From contig CAWGVS010000006.1 of NCBI GenBank assembly GCA_963826115.1, forward strand, positions 608,001 to 672,000: a DNA stretch of 64,000 nucleotides. Reading direction: 5' to 3'. The DNA is from an uncultured Candidatus Rokubacteria bacterium. Its GTDB lineage: Bacteria; Methylomirabilota; Methylomirabilia; Rokubacteriales; DASRDR01. The number at the start of each line of letters is the position of its first letter. Positions within the stretch are counted from its first letter, which is position 1. Made by a program: the position numbers and the translations under genes. Below the pieces are notes generated by a model. It searched no databases, was not told the DNA's origin, and saw only the letters and a list, made by a program, of their open reading frames with translations. This document shows positions 20,856 to 30,329 of the stretch, one piece after another.

Positions 20856-21908
20856 TCAGCAGCGCGGGCAGACGGGCCCGGGCGGCGCGCGCCCGCCGAG
20901 CTCCCGCTGTACGAACGTCTCCGAGAGGGCGAACGGTTGGCGCGCGTGGAGCGCCGTCTGGCTCACGGCGGCTGCGAGGACGAGCAGCGCCGTCGCCAGC
21001 ACAAGACGCGGGCCGGCCGTCGCGGCCGGATCGATCCCGCGCTCGGCCGGCGCCTGTCGCGGGCTCCGGTAGACGACGCCGTACGCCACCGCGGCCAGAG
21101 CGACGCCCGCGAGGACGTCGAGCAGGTAGTGCTCACCGAGCGCGACGGCCGCCAAGCTCACGAGCGCGAGGTAGAGGCCGAAGGGCCACGCCGACGCGCC
21201 GAGACGCCCGGCGGCGACCAGGAGGACGAGGGCGGGGAAGGCCGCGTGGAGGGACGGCATGGCGGCCACCGGATTCGTGTCGAACGTCTTCCGGAGCCCC
21301 GGCGCAGCGCGGCCGTACACGTCGTCGACGACGCGGCGGACCGGCGGGATCGCTCCGAGGTCCGCCGCCATCCAGGGCGGCACGGTCGGCAGGACGACGT
21401 GGCTCGCTAGGCCGAGGGCCATCAGGAGGAGCATGGCGGCGGCGAAGTGGCTGAAGGCATCGCGGCGGAGGAGCCAGAGCCCGAGGCCGAACAGGAGGAA
21501 CGACACGAAGTGGGACGCGTGCACGGCGACCAGGACGGGCGCGAGCGGAGCCGGCGCGTGTGGGCCCAGCACGAGCGGCTGCAGACGCGTGGGCGCCGTC
21601 TCGCCCACGAGGAGCGCCCGCTCGAGGCGGATCACATAGCTCATGTAGAGCGGGAGCCCGAGCGTCGTGACCGCGGCGAACACGCCGGCCCGGAGGCTGT
21701 CGAACAGGACCACGCCGGCCAGGAAGACCGCCCAGTCGCGAACGAACTCCCCGAGCCGTCGCGCGACGAGGGCCGCCAGGAACAGCGCGGCGAGGAGCGC
21801 CTTGACGCCGAGGCCATAGGGACCCAGGACGGCGAACACGAGCACGCCGCCCGCGTAGAGGAGGAGCGGGCCGACCGGGAGCGCGCCGCCGCGGCGGTCG
21901 CCGATCAT
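20856..21908 (-). CDS. PAP2-superfamily membrane protein (inositol-phosphorylceramide synthase/Aur1-like)
   Basis: PTVPPW, AAMPSLHAA, EHYLLDVLAG motifs; multiple TM helices. Confidence 0.82.
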   Translation of the reverse strand: MIGDRRGGALPVGPLLLYAGGVLVFAVLGPYGLGVKALLAALFLAALVARRLGEFVRDWAVFLAGVVLFDSLRAGVFAAVTTLGLPLYMSYVIRLERALLVGETAPTRLQPLVLGPHAPAPLAPVLVAVHASHFVSFLLFGLGLWLLRRDAFSHFAAAMLLLMALGLASHVVLPTVPPWMAADLGAIPPVRRVVDDVYGRAAPGLRKTFDTNPVAAMPSLHAAFPALVLLVAAGRLGASAWPFGLYLALVSLAAVALGEHYLLDVLAGVALAAVAYGVVYRSPRQAPAERGIDPAATAGPRLVLATALLVLAAAVSQTALHARQPFALSETFVQRELGGRAPPGPVCPRC

Positions 21909-22088
21909 GCCGCGCGTCCGGCGCCCGTCCGCGGGGCTCGTCTTCTCACCGGCCGATCATGTCGCCCCGGCCGGGCGGAGGCAATGGCCGACGATGGCCT
22001 TGAGGGGCCTACCGGCGCGGGGTAAGATGACGCCCGTGCCGCCGCGACACGGCGGCGCCCGCCCGCGCACACAGGAGACGCTCGCGCC

Positions 22089-22781
22089 ATGGCCATGCCT
22101 CGCTCCCGTCGGGTCCCGACCCGGCCCGTTTCCGCGCCGGAGCTCTGCGCCCGCTACGGCCGGCTCTACGTGGCCGCGATCACGGACGTCCTCGACCACC
22201 TGGGGAAGACGCGGCAGACGCTGCCCCACGACATCGTCGGGCTCACGCCCGGGACCCGCGTCGCGGGCCTCGCGTTCCCGGCGGCCGGCCGGCCCACGCG
22301 GACGCCGGACCCCGAGCGCGCCATCCGCGCCTTCCTGACGCTCCTCGGCGCGGTGCCGCGGGACGCCGTCCTGGTGGTCAAGTCGAACGACCGGGAGTCG
22401 GCCCACTTCGGCGAGCTCTCCGCGGTGGCCATGAAGGCCAAGGGCGTCCGCGGCGTGGTGATCGACGGGGCGACGCGCGACGCCGAGTACATCCTGAAGG
22501 AGCGGTTCCCCGTGTTCTGCCGGTACCGGACGCCGCTCGACTCGTTGCCGCGCTGGCGCGCGACGGAGTGGGGCCGTCCGGTGACGATCGGCGGGGTCCG
22601 GGTCGCGCCGGGCGACGTGGTGGTGGGCGACCTCGACGGGGTGGCGGTGGTGCCGAACGCGCTGGCGCTGCCCGTGCTGCTCGAGTGCGAGCGGCTGCTG
22701 TCGACCGAGAACCGGGTCCGCGACGCCGTCCGGAAAGGGATGGCGCCGCTCGCGGCGTACGAGAAGTTCGGCGTGTTCTAG
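22089..22781 (+). CDS. RraA-like / HMG aldolase family protein
   Basis: DVLD, AHFGEL, GVVIDGATRD, PGDVVVGDLDGVAVVP. Confidence 0.88.
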   Translation: MAMPRSRRVPTRPVSAPELCARYGRLYVAAITDVLDHLGKTRQTLPHDIVGLTPGTRVAGLAFPAAGRPTRTPDPERAIRAFLTLLGAVPRDAVLVVKSNDRESAHFGELSAVAMKAKGVRGVVIDGATRDAEYILKERFPVFCRYRTPLDSLPRWRATEWGRPVTIGGVRVAPGDVVVGDLDGVAVVPNALALPVLLECERLLSTENRVRDAVRKGMAPLAAYEKFGVF

Positions 22782-22795
22782 CGGAGGACGAGACG

Positions 22796-23971
22796 ATGAT
22801 GGAGTTGATGATCGCAGAGTCGATGGGACGCCTGGGCACCGAGACCGCCTTCGAGGTGCTGGCGCGGGCGCGCGCGCTCGAGCGCCAGGGCAAGAACGTC
22901 GTGCACCTCGAGATCGGCGAGCCGGACTACGACACGCCGGCGCACATCCGCGAGGCGGCCAAGCGGGCCCTCGACGCGGGCGCGACCCACTACGGGCCCT
23001 CCGCCGGGCTGCCCGAGCTCCGGGAGGCGATCGCCGAGCACATCGAGAAGACCCGCGGCGTGCCGGTCGAGCCGGACGAGGTCGTGGTGACGCCGGGCGC
23101 CAAGCCCATCATGTACTTCGTGATCATGGCGCTCACGAACCCGGGCGACGAGGTCGTCTACCCGAATCCCGGGTTTCCCATCTACGAATCGGTCATCAAC
23201 TTCGTGGGCGGGAAGCCGGTGCCGATCCCGCTCCTCGAGGAGACCGGTTTCGGCTTCGACCTGAAGGAGCTCGAGAAGCGGGTCTCCAAGAAGACCAAGC
23301 TCATCATCATCAACTCTCCCGAGAACCCGACGGGCGGCGTGCTGAGCCCCGAGGACGTCGGCCGGATCGCGGACCTCGCGCGTCACTACCGGGTGCCGGT
23401 GCTGTCGGACGAGATCTACCGGCGCTTCATGTACGACGGCGAGTTTGCCTCGATCGCGAGCCTCCCGGGCATGAAGCCCCAGACGATCATCCTGGACGGC
23501 TTCTCGAAGTCCTACGCGATGACCGGGTGGCGCCTCGGCTTCGGCGTGATGCCGAAGGTGCTCGCCGAGCACCTCACGCGCCTCATGACCAACTCCGTGT
23601 CCTGCACGGCGACGTTCATCCAGCACGCCGGCATCGCCGCGCTGCGGGGCGACGACACGCCGGTGCAGACGATGGTGGAGGAGTTCCGCCACCGGCGCGA
23701 CCTGATCGTCGACGGGCTCAACCGGATCCCGGGCGTCAGCTGCAAGCGGCCGCGCGGCGCGTTCTATGTGTTCCCCAACGTCAAGTCCTTCGAGCGGCCG
23801 TCCAAGGAGATCGCCACCCACCTCCTCGAGAACGCGGGCGTGGCGGTGCTCGGCGGGACCGCCTTCGGCCAGTTCGGCGAGGGGTACCTCCGGCTCTCGT
23901 ACGCGGCCTCGCGCGACACCATCAAGGAAGCGCTCGCGCGCATGGAGCGCGGGCTCGCCAGCCTTCGCTGA
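22796..23971 (+). CDS. aspC: class I/II PLP aminotransferase (aspartate aminotransferase-like)
   Basis: IGEPD, NSPENPTG, SDEIY, GFSKSYAMTGWRLG, GAFY, RLSYA. Confidence 0.9.
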   Translation: MMELMIAESMGRLGTETAFEVLARARALERQGKNVVHLEIGEPDYDTPAHIREAAKRALDAGATHYGPSAGLPELREAIAEHIEKTRGVPVEPDEVVVTPGAKPIMYFVIMALTNPGDEVVYPNPGFPIYESVINFVGGKPVPIPLLEETGFGFDLKELEKRVSKKTKLIIINSPENPTGGVLSPEDVGRIADLARHYRVPVLSDEIYRRFMYDGEFASIASLPGMKPQTIILDGFSKSYAMTGWRLGFGVMPKVLAEHLTRLMTNSVSCTATFIQHAGIAALRGDDTPVQTMVEEFRHRRDLIVDGLNRIPGVSCKRPRGAFYVFPNVKSFERPSKEIATHLLENAGVAVLGGTAFGQFGEGYLRLSYAASRDTIKEALARMERGLASLR

Positions 23972-23980
23972 GGGAATGCC

Positions 23981-24661
23981 ATGGCGATCCTGACGGAGCG
24001 GGACCGCGCGGCGGTCCGCGGCGAGCTCCAGAAGCTCGCGGGCCCGGTCAAGCTGGTCGTGTTCTCGACGCAGCTCGGCGCGTCGGAGTACTGTCTGGAG
24101 ACGGAGCGGCTGGTCAAGGAGGTCGCGGAGTGCTCCGACCTGGTCACCGTGGAGATCCTGAACCTCCACATCGACCGGGAGCGAGCCGAGGCCTACGGCG
24201 TGGACCGCGTGCCCGCCATCGTGGTCGAGGGCGCGCGCGACTACGGGATCCGCTTCGTCGGCATCCCGATGGGCTACGAGTTCACGAACCTGATCGACTC
24301 GATGATCACCGCCTCATCCGGGACGCCGTCCCTCAGCGCCGAGACGCTCGAGCGCCTCGCCGGCCTCAAGGAGCGGGTCCACATCCAGGTCTTCTCCACC
24401 CCCACCTGACCCCACTGCCCCCGGGCCGTGCGCCTGGCGCATCACCTCGCGGTGGCCTCGGAGTGGATCCGCGGCGACTGCGTGGAGGCGACCGAGTTCC
24501 CCGACCTGGCCCAGCGCTACAGCGTCATGGCCGTGCCGAAGACCGTGGTCAACGACCGCGTGTCGTTCGAGGGCGCCGTGCCCGAGGCCGAGTTCGTCGA
24601 CGCGGTCCTCCGCGCGGTGGGCGCGCCGGACGCGGGCGGCGAGAACGAGGAGCCGCGATGA
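23981..24661 (+). CDS. selenocysteine-containing protein disulfide oxidoreductase (PDO/AhpF-NTD-like, two thioredoxin folds), 226 aa with UGA=Sec at 24407-24409
   Basis: ORFs 23981..24409 and 24428..24661 are one frame; read-through gives VFSTPT-U-PHCPRAVRLAH, then VEATEFPDLAQRYSVMAVPKTVVN and FEGAVPE; first domain has SEYC and GIPMGYEF. Confidence 0.85.
24428..24442 (+). other. candidate bacterial SECIS hairpin
   Basis: GTGCGC-CTG-GCGCAT stem-loop with a G-containing loop about 25 nt after the in-frame UGA. Confidence 0.45.
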
Positions 24662-24735
24662 CCTGGGAGCAGGCGCTCGCCGCCCTGGCGATCGGCGCCG
24701 TCGTCGTGCTCCTCTGGCGCCGGGGCCTCGGCTGA
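24658..24735 (+). CDS. 25-aa single-TM small protein
   Basis: MTWEQALAALAIGAVVVLLWRRGLG; GAGGAG RBS and ATGA overlap with the selenoprotein stop. Confidence 0.6.
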   Translation: MTWEQALAALAIGAVVVLLWRRGLG

Positions 24736-24842
24736 CGCCCGCCCCCGGGCCCCGGCGGGGCGCCCACGTCGTCGGCCGACCGGCAGAGCGGCCCGACCGA
24801 CCCCGCACCCCGCCGCTAGGTCGCCGGCGCCCCCGGGCGGGC

Positions 24843-25382
24843 TCAGCCGCCCGCGAGGAACGCCGGGTCGACGCGGATCTCGTGGAGGAACGTGATCGCC
24901 CCGGCCGGATCGCGCTCGACGAGGCGGACGAGGTCGGGCGCTTCCCAGAAGACGTACGCCGGGCGCGGCACCGCGTACGCGACCGCGTGGCCGTCGCGCA
25001 CGCGCACCACCCGGAGCACCGGGCTCCCGCCTGACGCGAGGTAGGCGTAGAAGCGGCCGTCGTTGCGCGCGGCGGCGGGCCGCGGGATCCCGTCGAACAC
25101 CTGGACGAGGCGGCGGTCCTCCCGGACCAGCCACGTCTCGTAGCCGCGGTCCGCGCCCACCGGCTCGGCCCGGCTCGGGTGCGGCCCCATCTCGCGGGCG
25201 GTCTCGCCGGCGATCCGGAGCGGCGTGCGCACGCGGTACGTGCGCACGCGGTAGTCGGCGCCCACCGGGAGGTCGAAGGACGCGCGCGTGTACACGTCGC
25301 AGGACGTGGCGGCGGCGGCCGCCACCGCCACGACGGCGAGGCCGGCGAAGAGGAGTGGCCGGGTGATCCCCAATCGGCGCAT
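24843..25382 (-). CDS. hypothetical lipoprotein
   Basis: Basic plus hydrophobic N-terminus ending AATSC. Confidence 0.65.
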   Translation of the reverse strand: MRRLGITRPLLFAGLAVVAVAAAAATSCDVYTRASFDLPVGADYRVRTYRVRTPLRIAGETAREMGPHPSRAEPVGADRGYETWLVREDRRLVQVFDGIPRPAAARNDGRFYAYLASGGSPVLRVVRVRDGHAVAYAVPRPAYVFWEAPDLVRLVERDPAGAITFLHEIRVDPAFLAGG

Positions 25383-25437
25383 CGGGCCCGGTGCGCGGAG
25401 CGCGCCCGGCCCGGTCGGTCGCGAGCCTACGGTCGGG

Positions 25438-27193
25438 TCAGCGGGCGCGAAGCCGGCTGCCGAGCGCCTCCCACTCCGCGCGGATGCCGCGGGGCAGGCG
25501 GTCCCCGAACTTCTGGAAGAACTCGGCCTGGTTCCGGTGGTTGCCCTGCCAGCCCTCGCGGTCCACGGCGAGGAGCTCCGCCATCGCGCCGGGCGGGAGG
25601 TCGAGGCCGTGCGTCGGGATCGCGCCCGGCGCGGGGCGGTAGCCGATCGACGTCTCCTCGGCCTTGCCGCCGTCGCGGCAGCGCTCGATGATCCACTCGA
25701 GGACGCGGAGGTTCTCGCCGAAGCCCGGCCAGAGGAACCGTCCCGCCGCGTCCCGCCGGAACCAGTTGATGCGGAAGATCTTCGGCGGGCGCGTGAGCCG
25801 CTGTCCCACCTCGAGCCAGTGCCCCCAGTAGTCGGCCATGTTGTAGCCGCAGAAGGGGAGCATGGCCATCGGATCGCGGCGCACGACGCCGACGGCGCCG
25901 GTCGCCGCGGCGGTGGTCTCCGACGCGAGCGTCGCGCCCAGGAACGTCCCGTGCTGCCAGTTGAAGGACTGGAACACGAGCGGGATCAGCGCGCGCCGGC
26001 GCGCGCCGAAGAGGATCGCGCTGATCGGCACGCCCTGGGGCGCCTGCCACTCGGGCGAGAGGGTCGGGCAGCGCGTCGCGGGGACCGTGAATCGGCTGTT
26101 CGGGTGGGCGGCGGCCTCCCCGCTCTGGGGCGTCCAGGGCCGGCCGCGCCAGTCGATCGCGGACGCGGGCGCGGGGTCGTCGTGGCCTTCCCACCACACC
26201 GTGTTGTCGGGGCGGAGCGCGACGTTCGTGTAGATCGTGTCCCGGCGGATCGTCTCGGTGGCGTTCCGGTTGGTGTGGGAGTTGGTCCCCGGCACCACGC
26301 CGAAGAAGCCGTTCTCCGGATTGACCGCCCAGAGGCGGCCGTCGGGGCCGGGCCGGAGCCACGCGATGTCCTCGCCGACGGTGTGGATCTTCCAGCCCTT
26401 CATGGACGGCGGCGGCGTCAGCATCGCCAGGTTCGTCTTGCCGCACGCGCTCGGGAACGCGCCGCAGACGTAGGTGATCTCGCCGTCCGGGCTCTCGATG
26501 CCGACGATCAGCATGTGCTCGGCGAGCCAGCCCTCGCGGCGGCCGACGGAGCCGGCGATCCGGAGCGACATGCACTTCTTGGAGAGGAGCGCGTTGCCGC
26601 CGTAGCCGGAGCCCACGCTCCAGATCGTTTGCTCCTCCGGGAAGTGGCAGATGAAGCGGCGCTCGACGTCGAGGTCGGCCGTCGAGTGAAGCCCGCGCGT
26701 GAAGTCGCCGGAGGCGCCCAGGTGGTCGAGGGCGACCTGCCCCATCCGCGTCATGATCCGCATGTTGAGGACGACGTACCGGCTGTCCGTGACCTGGACG
26801 CCCACGCGGCTGAACGACGAGCCGGGCGGTCCCATCAGGAAGGGGATGACGTACATCGTGCGGCCGGCCATGGAGCCGTCGAGGATCTTCCCGAGCCGGT
26901 CGTAGCCGTCCGCCGGCGACATCCAGTTGTTCGTGGGGCCGGCGTCGTCCTTGTCGCGGGAGCAGATGAAGGTGAGGTGCTCGGTCCGGGCGACGTCGTT
27001 GGCGGCGCTCCGGTGGAGGTAGGAGCCGGGCAGACGGTGGCTGGTCGAGAGGCAGGAGCTCCGCGTCGCGGACAGCCGCCTCGGTCAGGCGCTCCCGCTC
27101 CGCGTCGGAGCCGTCGCACCAGACGACGTCGTCGGGCCGGCAGAGCCGCACGGCGTCGTCCACCCACCGACGGACAGCCTCGTTCCCGCCCAT
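25438..27193 (-). CDS. pckG: phosphoenolpyruvate carboxykinase [GTP], with a frameshift near 27040
   Basis: N-terminus VVWCDGS joins, after one indel, SYLHRS, GSGYGGNALL, WLAEHM, AFPSACGKTNLAM, NPENGFFG, HPNSRF, DPMAMLPFCGY, NWFR. Confidence 0.93.
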
Positions 27194-27268
27194 GCTGACT
27201 GGGATTACGGTAGCGCGACCCCTGGCCCGGGGTCAATCGTTCGCGGCTTGGGGTAGGATGAAGCCACC

Positions 27269-29260
27269 ATGATCCTGGGCGCGGCGGCAGGCCGCGGGCC
27301 GTCGCGTCTCCGACTCCTCGGCGCGTGCCTGGCCGTCGGGTGCGTGGTGGCCGCGCTCCACTTCTTCCGGCCGCCCCTCCTGGCGCGGGCCGACCTCGTG
27401 GTCTACGACCGGCTCCTCACCGTCGCGCCGCTCCGCGCGCCGTCGGGCACGGTCGCGCTCGTCGAGATCGACGAGCGGAGCCTCGCCGAGGGCGGCCGCT
27501 GGCCGTGGCCCCGGGACCGCGTCGCCGAGCTCCTCGACCGGGTCCGCGCGCTCGGCGCGGTCGCGGTCGGCCTGGACATCCTCTTCTCCGAGCCGGACGC
27601 GGGCGGCGAGACGCCCGGCGCCGCCGGGGCGGCGCCGGGCGCGCTCTCGGCGCGGGACGCGGCGCTCGCGGCCGCGCTCGGCCGGGGACCGTTCGTCGTC
27701 GGCTACGCCTTCACGTTCGACCGGCCGGTCGACCGCATCTGCCAGCTCCGGTCCATCGGCCTCACGCGCGCCGCGGCGGGCGGCGCCCTGAGGGACGTGC
27801 CGCGCGCGACCGGCGTGCTCTGCAGCCTCGGTCCGCTCGGCGCCGCGGCGGCCTCGAGCGGCTTCATGAACGCGTCGCCGGACGCGGACGGCGTCCTCCG
27901 CCGCATGCCGCAGATCGTGGAGTTCGGGGGGGAGGTCTATCCGAGCCTCGCGCTCGCGACCGTCCGGACCGGGCTCGCCGCCGAGCGGCTCTCGCTCGTC
28001 GACCCCGCGGCGGGCTGGCCGGCCCTGCGGCTCGGCGACCGCGAGGTGCCGCTCGACGCCGACGGCAGCATGCTCGTCCGCTTCCGCGGGCCGGCCGGGA
28101 CCTTCCCGCGCGTTCCGGCGATCGACGTCCTCCGGGACCGCGCGCCGGCCGGCGTGCTCGCGGGCCGGATCGTGTTCGTGGGCGTGGCCGCCCTCGGGCT
28201 CGGCGACACGGTCGCCACGCCGCTCGGCACGTTCATGCCCGGCGCCGAGGTGCACGCGACCGTGGCCGACAACCTCCTCCGCGGGGACCTCGTCCGCCGC
28301 CCGCCGCGCGCGACCGCCGGCGAGGTCGGCCTGGTCTTCCTCGCCGCGCTCGGCGTGGCCGCGGGCGTGATCGGCCTCGGCTGGCGGTGGACCCTGCCCC
28401 TCGCCGTCGGGGGCGGGGTCCTCCTGTGGGTCGGCGCGGGATGGCTTCTCGGCAGCCTCGGCACGTTCGTCTCGCCGCTGTTCCCGTCGCTCGCGCTCCT
28501 GGGCGCTCTCGCCGCCGCCGCGCTCCACAAGCTCGTCGCCGAGCGGGCGCGCGCCGACCAGAGCACCCGCCAGCTCCGCACCGCGCGCGAGATGATCCTC
28601 CACGCCCTGACCTCGCTCACCGAGACGCGGGACTTCGAGACCGGGGCGCATCTCGTCCGGTGCAGCAGCTACGCGCGGTCCCTCGGCGAGGCGCTCGCCC
28701 CGCACCCGAAGTTCCGGAGCTTCCTCACGCCGGAGACGATCGACCTCATCGCGCGGCTGGCGCCCATCCACGACATCGGGAAGGTCGGGGTGGCGGACCG
28801 GACGCTCCGGAAACCCGGGCCGCTCTCCGACGACGAGCGGGAGGAGATGGCGCGGCATCCGATCTACGGGCGCGACGTGATCGTGCGCACCGAGGAGCGG
28901 GTGGGGGTGCGCGACGACTTCCTGCTGACGCTCGCGAAGGAGATCGTCTACTCGCATCACGAGCGCTGGGACGGCTCCGGCTACCCGGAGGGCCTCCGCG
29001 GCGAGGCGATCCCCGTCCCCGGACGGATGGTCGCGCTCGTCGACGTCTACGACGCCCTCTCGAGCGCGCGCGTCTACAAGGGCGCGCTCCCGCACGACGA
29101 GGTGGTCCACGCCATCGTGTCGGGGCGGGGCGCCCACTTCGATCCGGACATGGTCGACGCCTTCCTCCGGATCCAGGAGGACTGGCGCCGGATCGCGATC
29201 GACTTCGCGGACGAGCGCGAGGAGCCCGCCGCCGAGCCGCGGGGGCCGGCGGCGGGGTAG
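27269..29260 (+). CDS. CHASE2 sensor + HD-GYP cyclic dinucleotide phosphodiesterase
   Basis: EIDERSL, GRWPWPR, DILFSEP, DADGVLRR, PGAEVHA (CHASE2); three TM helices; ETGAH, HDIGK, HHERWDGSGYP. Confidence 0.93.
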   Translation: MILGAAAGRGPSRLRLLGACLAVGCVVAALHFFRPPLLARADLVVYDRLLTVAPLRAPSGTVALVEIDERSLAEGGRWPWPRDRVAELLDRVRALGAVAVGLDILFSEPDAGGETPGAAGAAPGALSARDAALAAALGRGPFVVGYAFTFDRPVDRICQLRSIGLTRAAAGGALRDVPRATGVLCSLGPLGAAAASSGFMNASPDADGVLRRMPQIVEFGGEVYPSLALATVRTGLAAERLSLVDPAAGWPALRLGDREVPLDADGSMLVRFRGPAGTFPRVPAIDVLRDRAPAGVLAGRIVFVGVAALGLGDTVATPLGTFMPGAEVHATVADNLLRGDLVRRPPRATAGEVGLVFLAALGVAAGVIGLGWRWTLPLAVGGGVLLWVGAGWLLGSLGTFVSPLFPSLALLGALAAAALHKLVAERARADQSTRQLRTAREMILHALTSLTETRDFETGAHLVRCSSYARSLGEALAPHPKFRSFLTPETIDLIARLAPIHDIGKVGVADRTLRKPGPLSDDEREEMARHPIYGRDVIVRTEERVGVRDDFLLTLAKEIVYSHHERWDGSGYPEGLRGEAIPVPGRMVALVDVYDALSSARVYKGALPHDEVVHAIVSGRGAHFDPDMVDAFLRIQEDWRRIAIDFADEREEPAAEPRGPAAG

Positions 29261-29275
29261 CCCGCCCGCGCGGCG

Positions 29276-29683
29276 CTACTGCCGCCAGCTCTCCTTGTCG
29301 AGCTTGAGCTTGCCGCCCTCGCGCACGATGTTGATCGTGCCCTTCGCCTCGCCGGGGCTCATGACGCCCTTGCCGACCGCCTCGAGCACGTAGCCGGTGT
29401 CCGTCCTGGACTCCTTCACGACCTTGACGTCCTTCACGTCCATCGCCTTCATGAGGCCGAACATCTTGGCGCGGTCTTCCTTCGGGGTCTTGTCGACCAT
29501 CTCGACCCGTCCCTTCGACAGGTACGGAAGGAGCTCCTCGACGGCCTTGGCCTTCGCGAAGGCGGCCCGGTACTCCGCGTAGAACTTCGCGCCCTCGCCG
29601 GTCGGCTGGGCCTCGACGAGGGATCCCGCGGCGAGCAGAATCCCGACGAGGAGCGCCGCCGCGACACGGACGTGGATCGCCAT
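29276..29683 (-). CDS. hypothetical secreted protein
   Basis: Signal peptide ending VEA; AAGGAGG RBS; Lys-rich coherent sequence. Confidence 0.8.
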   Translation of the reverse strand: MAIHVRVAAALLVGILLAAGSLVEAQPTGEGAKFYAEYRAAFAKAKAVEELLPYLSKGRVEMVDKTPKEDRAKMFGLMKAMDVKDVKVVKESRTDTGYVLEAVGKGVMSPGEAKGTINIVREGGKLKLDKESWRQ

Positions 29684-29852
29684 GATGCCTCCTTGGTCTG
29701 GGGGGTCGTCGCGCCCGCGACTCCGGGGTACGCGGATCCGCGTGCGTAGTTGAACCGGTGGACGGCGGCAGCGTCAACTGCTGACTCCGGGGTCGCGCTC
29801 GACGCCGGCCGCCGCCTCGACGGGGTCCGGACCCGCTGCTACAATGACCGCC

Positions 29853-30329
29853 GTGACGGCGGCCGGTTCGGATCTCGCTTCCCTTCCGGACCGGCTCTTC
29901 ACCTATGGCACGCTGATGACCGGCTTCTCGCGGCGCCCGCTCCTCGGCGCGGCCGCCCACCTCGAGGGGATGGGGCGCATCCGCGGCTCCCTCTACCACT
30001 TCGGCGACTACCCGGGGCTGGTCCTCGACGACGGCGGCTGGGTGGCGGGCGAGCTCTACCGCGTGCCCGACCTGCCGGCGCGGCTGCCGGCCCTGGACCG
30101 CGAGGAGTGGTACGACGCCCGCGACGAGACGGGGAGCCTCTACCTCCGGCGCACGGTGCCGGTGCACGGCGTGGGCGGCGAGGTGCGGGAGGCCTGGGTG
30201 TACGCGTACAACGAGCGATTCGGGGCGGCGGCGAGCCGCGGGCCCCGGGTCGAGTCTGGCGACTGGCGCGCCCATCTCGAGGGCGCGCGCGGAACTCATA
30301 CAGTGCCAACGCTGGAGGACCTTCGATGA
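29853..30329 (+). CDS. gamma-glutamylcyclotransferase (AIG2-like) family
   Basis: LFTYGTLM, YPGL, VAGELY, LDREE, AWVY, SGDW; GTG start 7 nt after extended -10 TGCTACAAT. Confidence 0.85.
   Translation: MTAAGSDLASLPDRLFTYGTLMTGFSRRPLLGAAAHLEGMGRIRGSLYHFGDYPGLVLDDGGWVAGELYRVPDLPARLPALDREEWYDARDETGSLYLRRTVPVHGVGGEVREAWVYAYNERFGAAASRGPRVESGDWRAHLEGARGTHTVPTLEDLR

Noticed and set aside
20850-20870. CPRC-TGA end of the PAP2 protein as Sec read-through
   Set aside because: A second TGA follows two codons later and the next gene starts there
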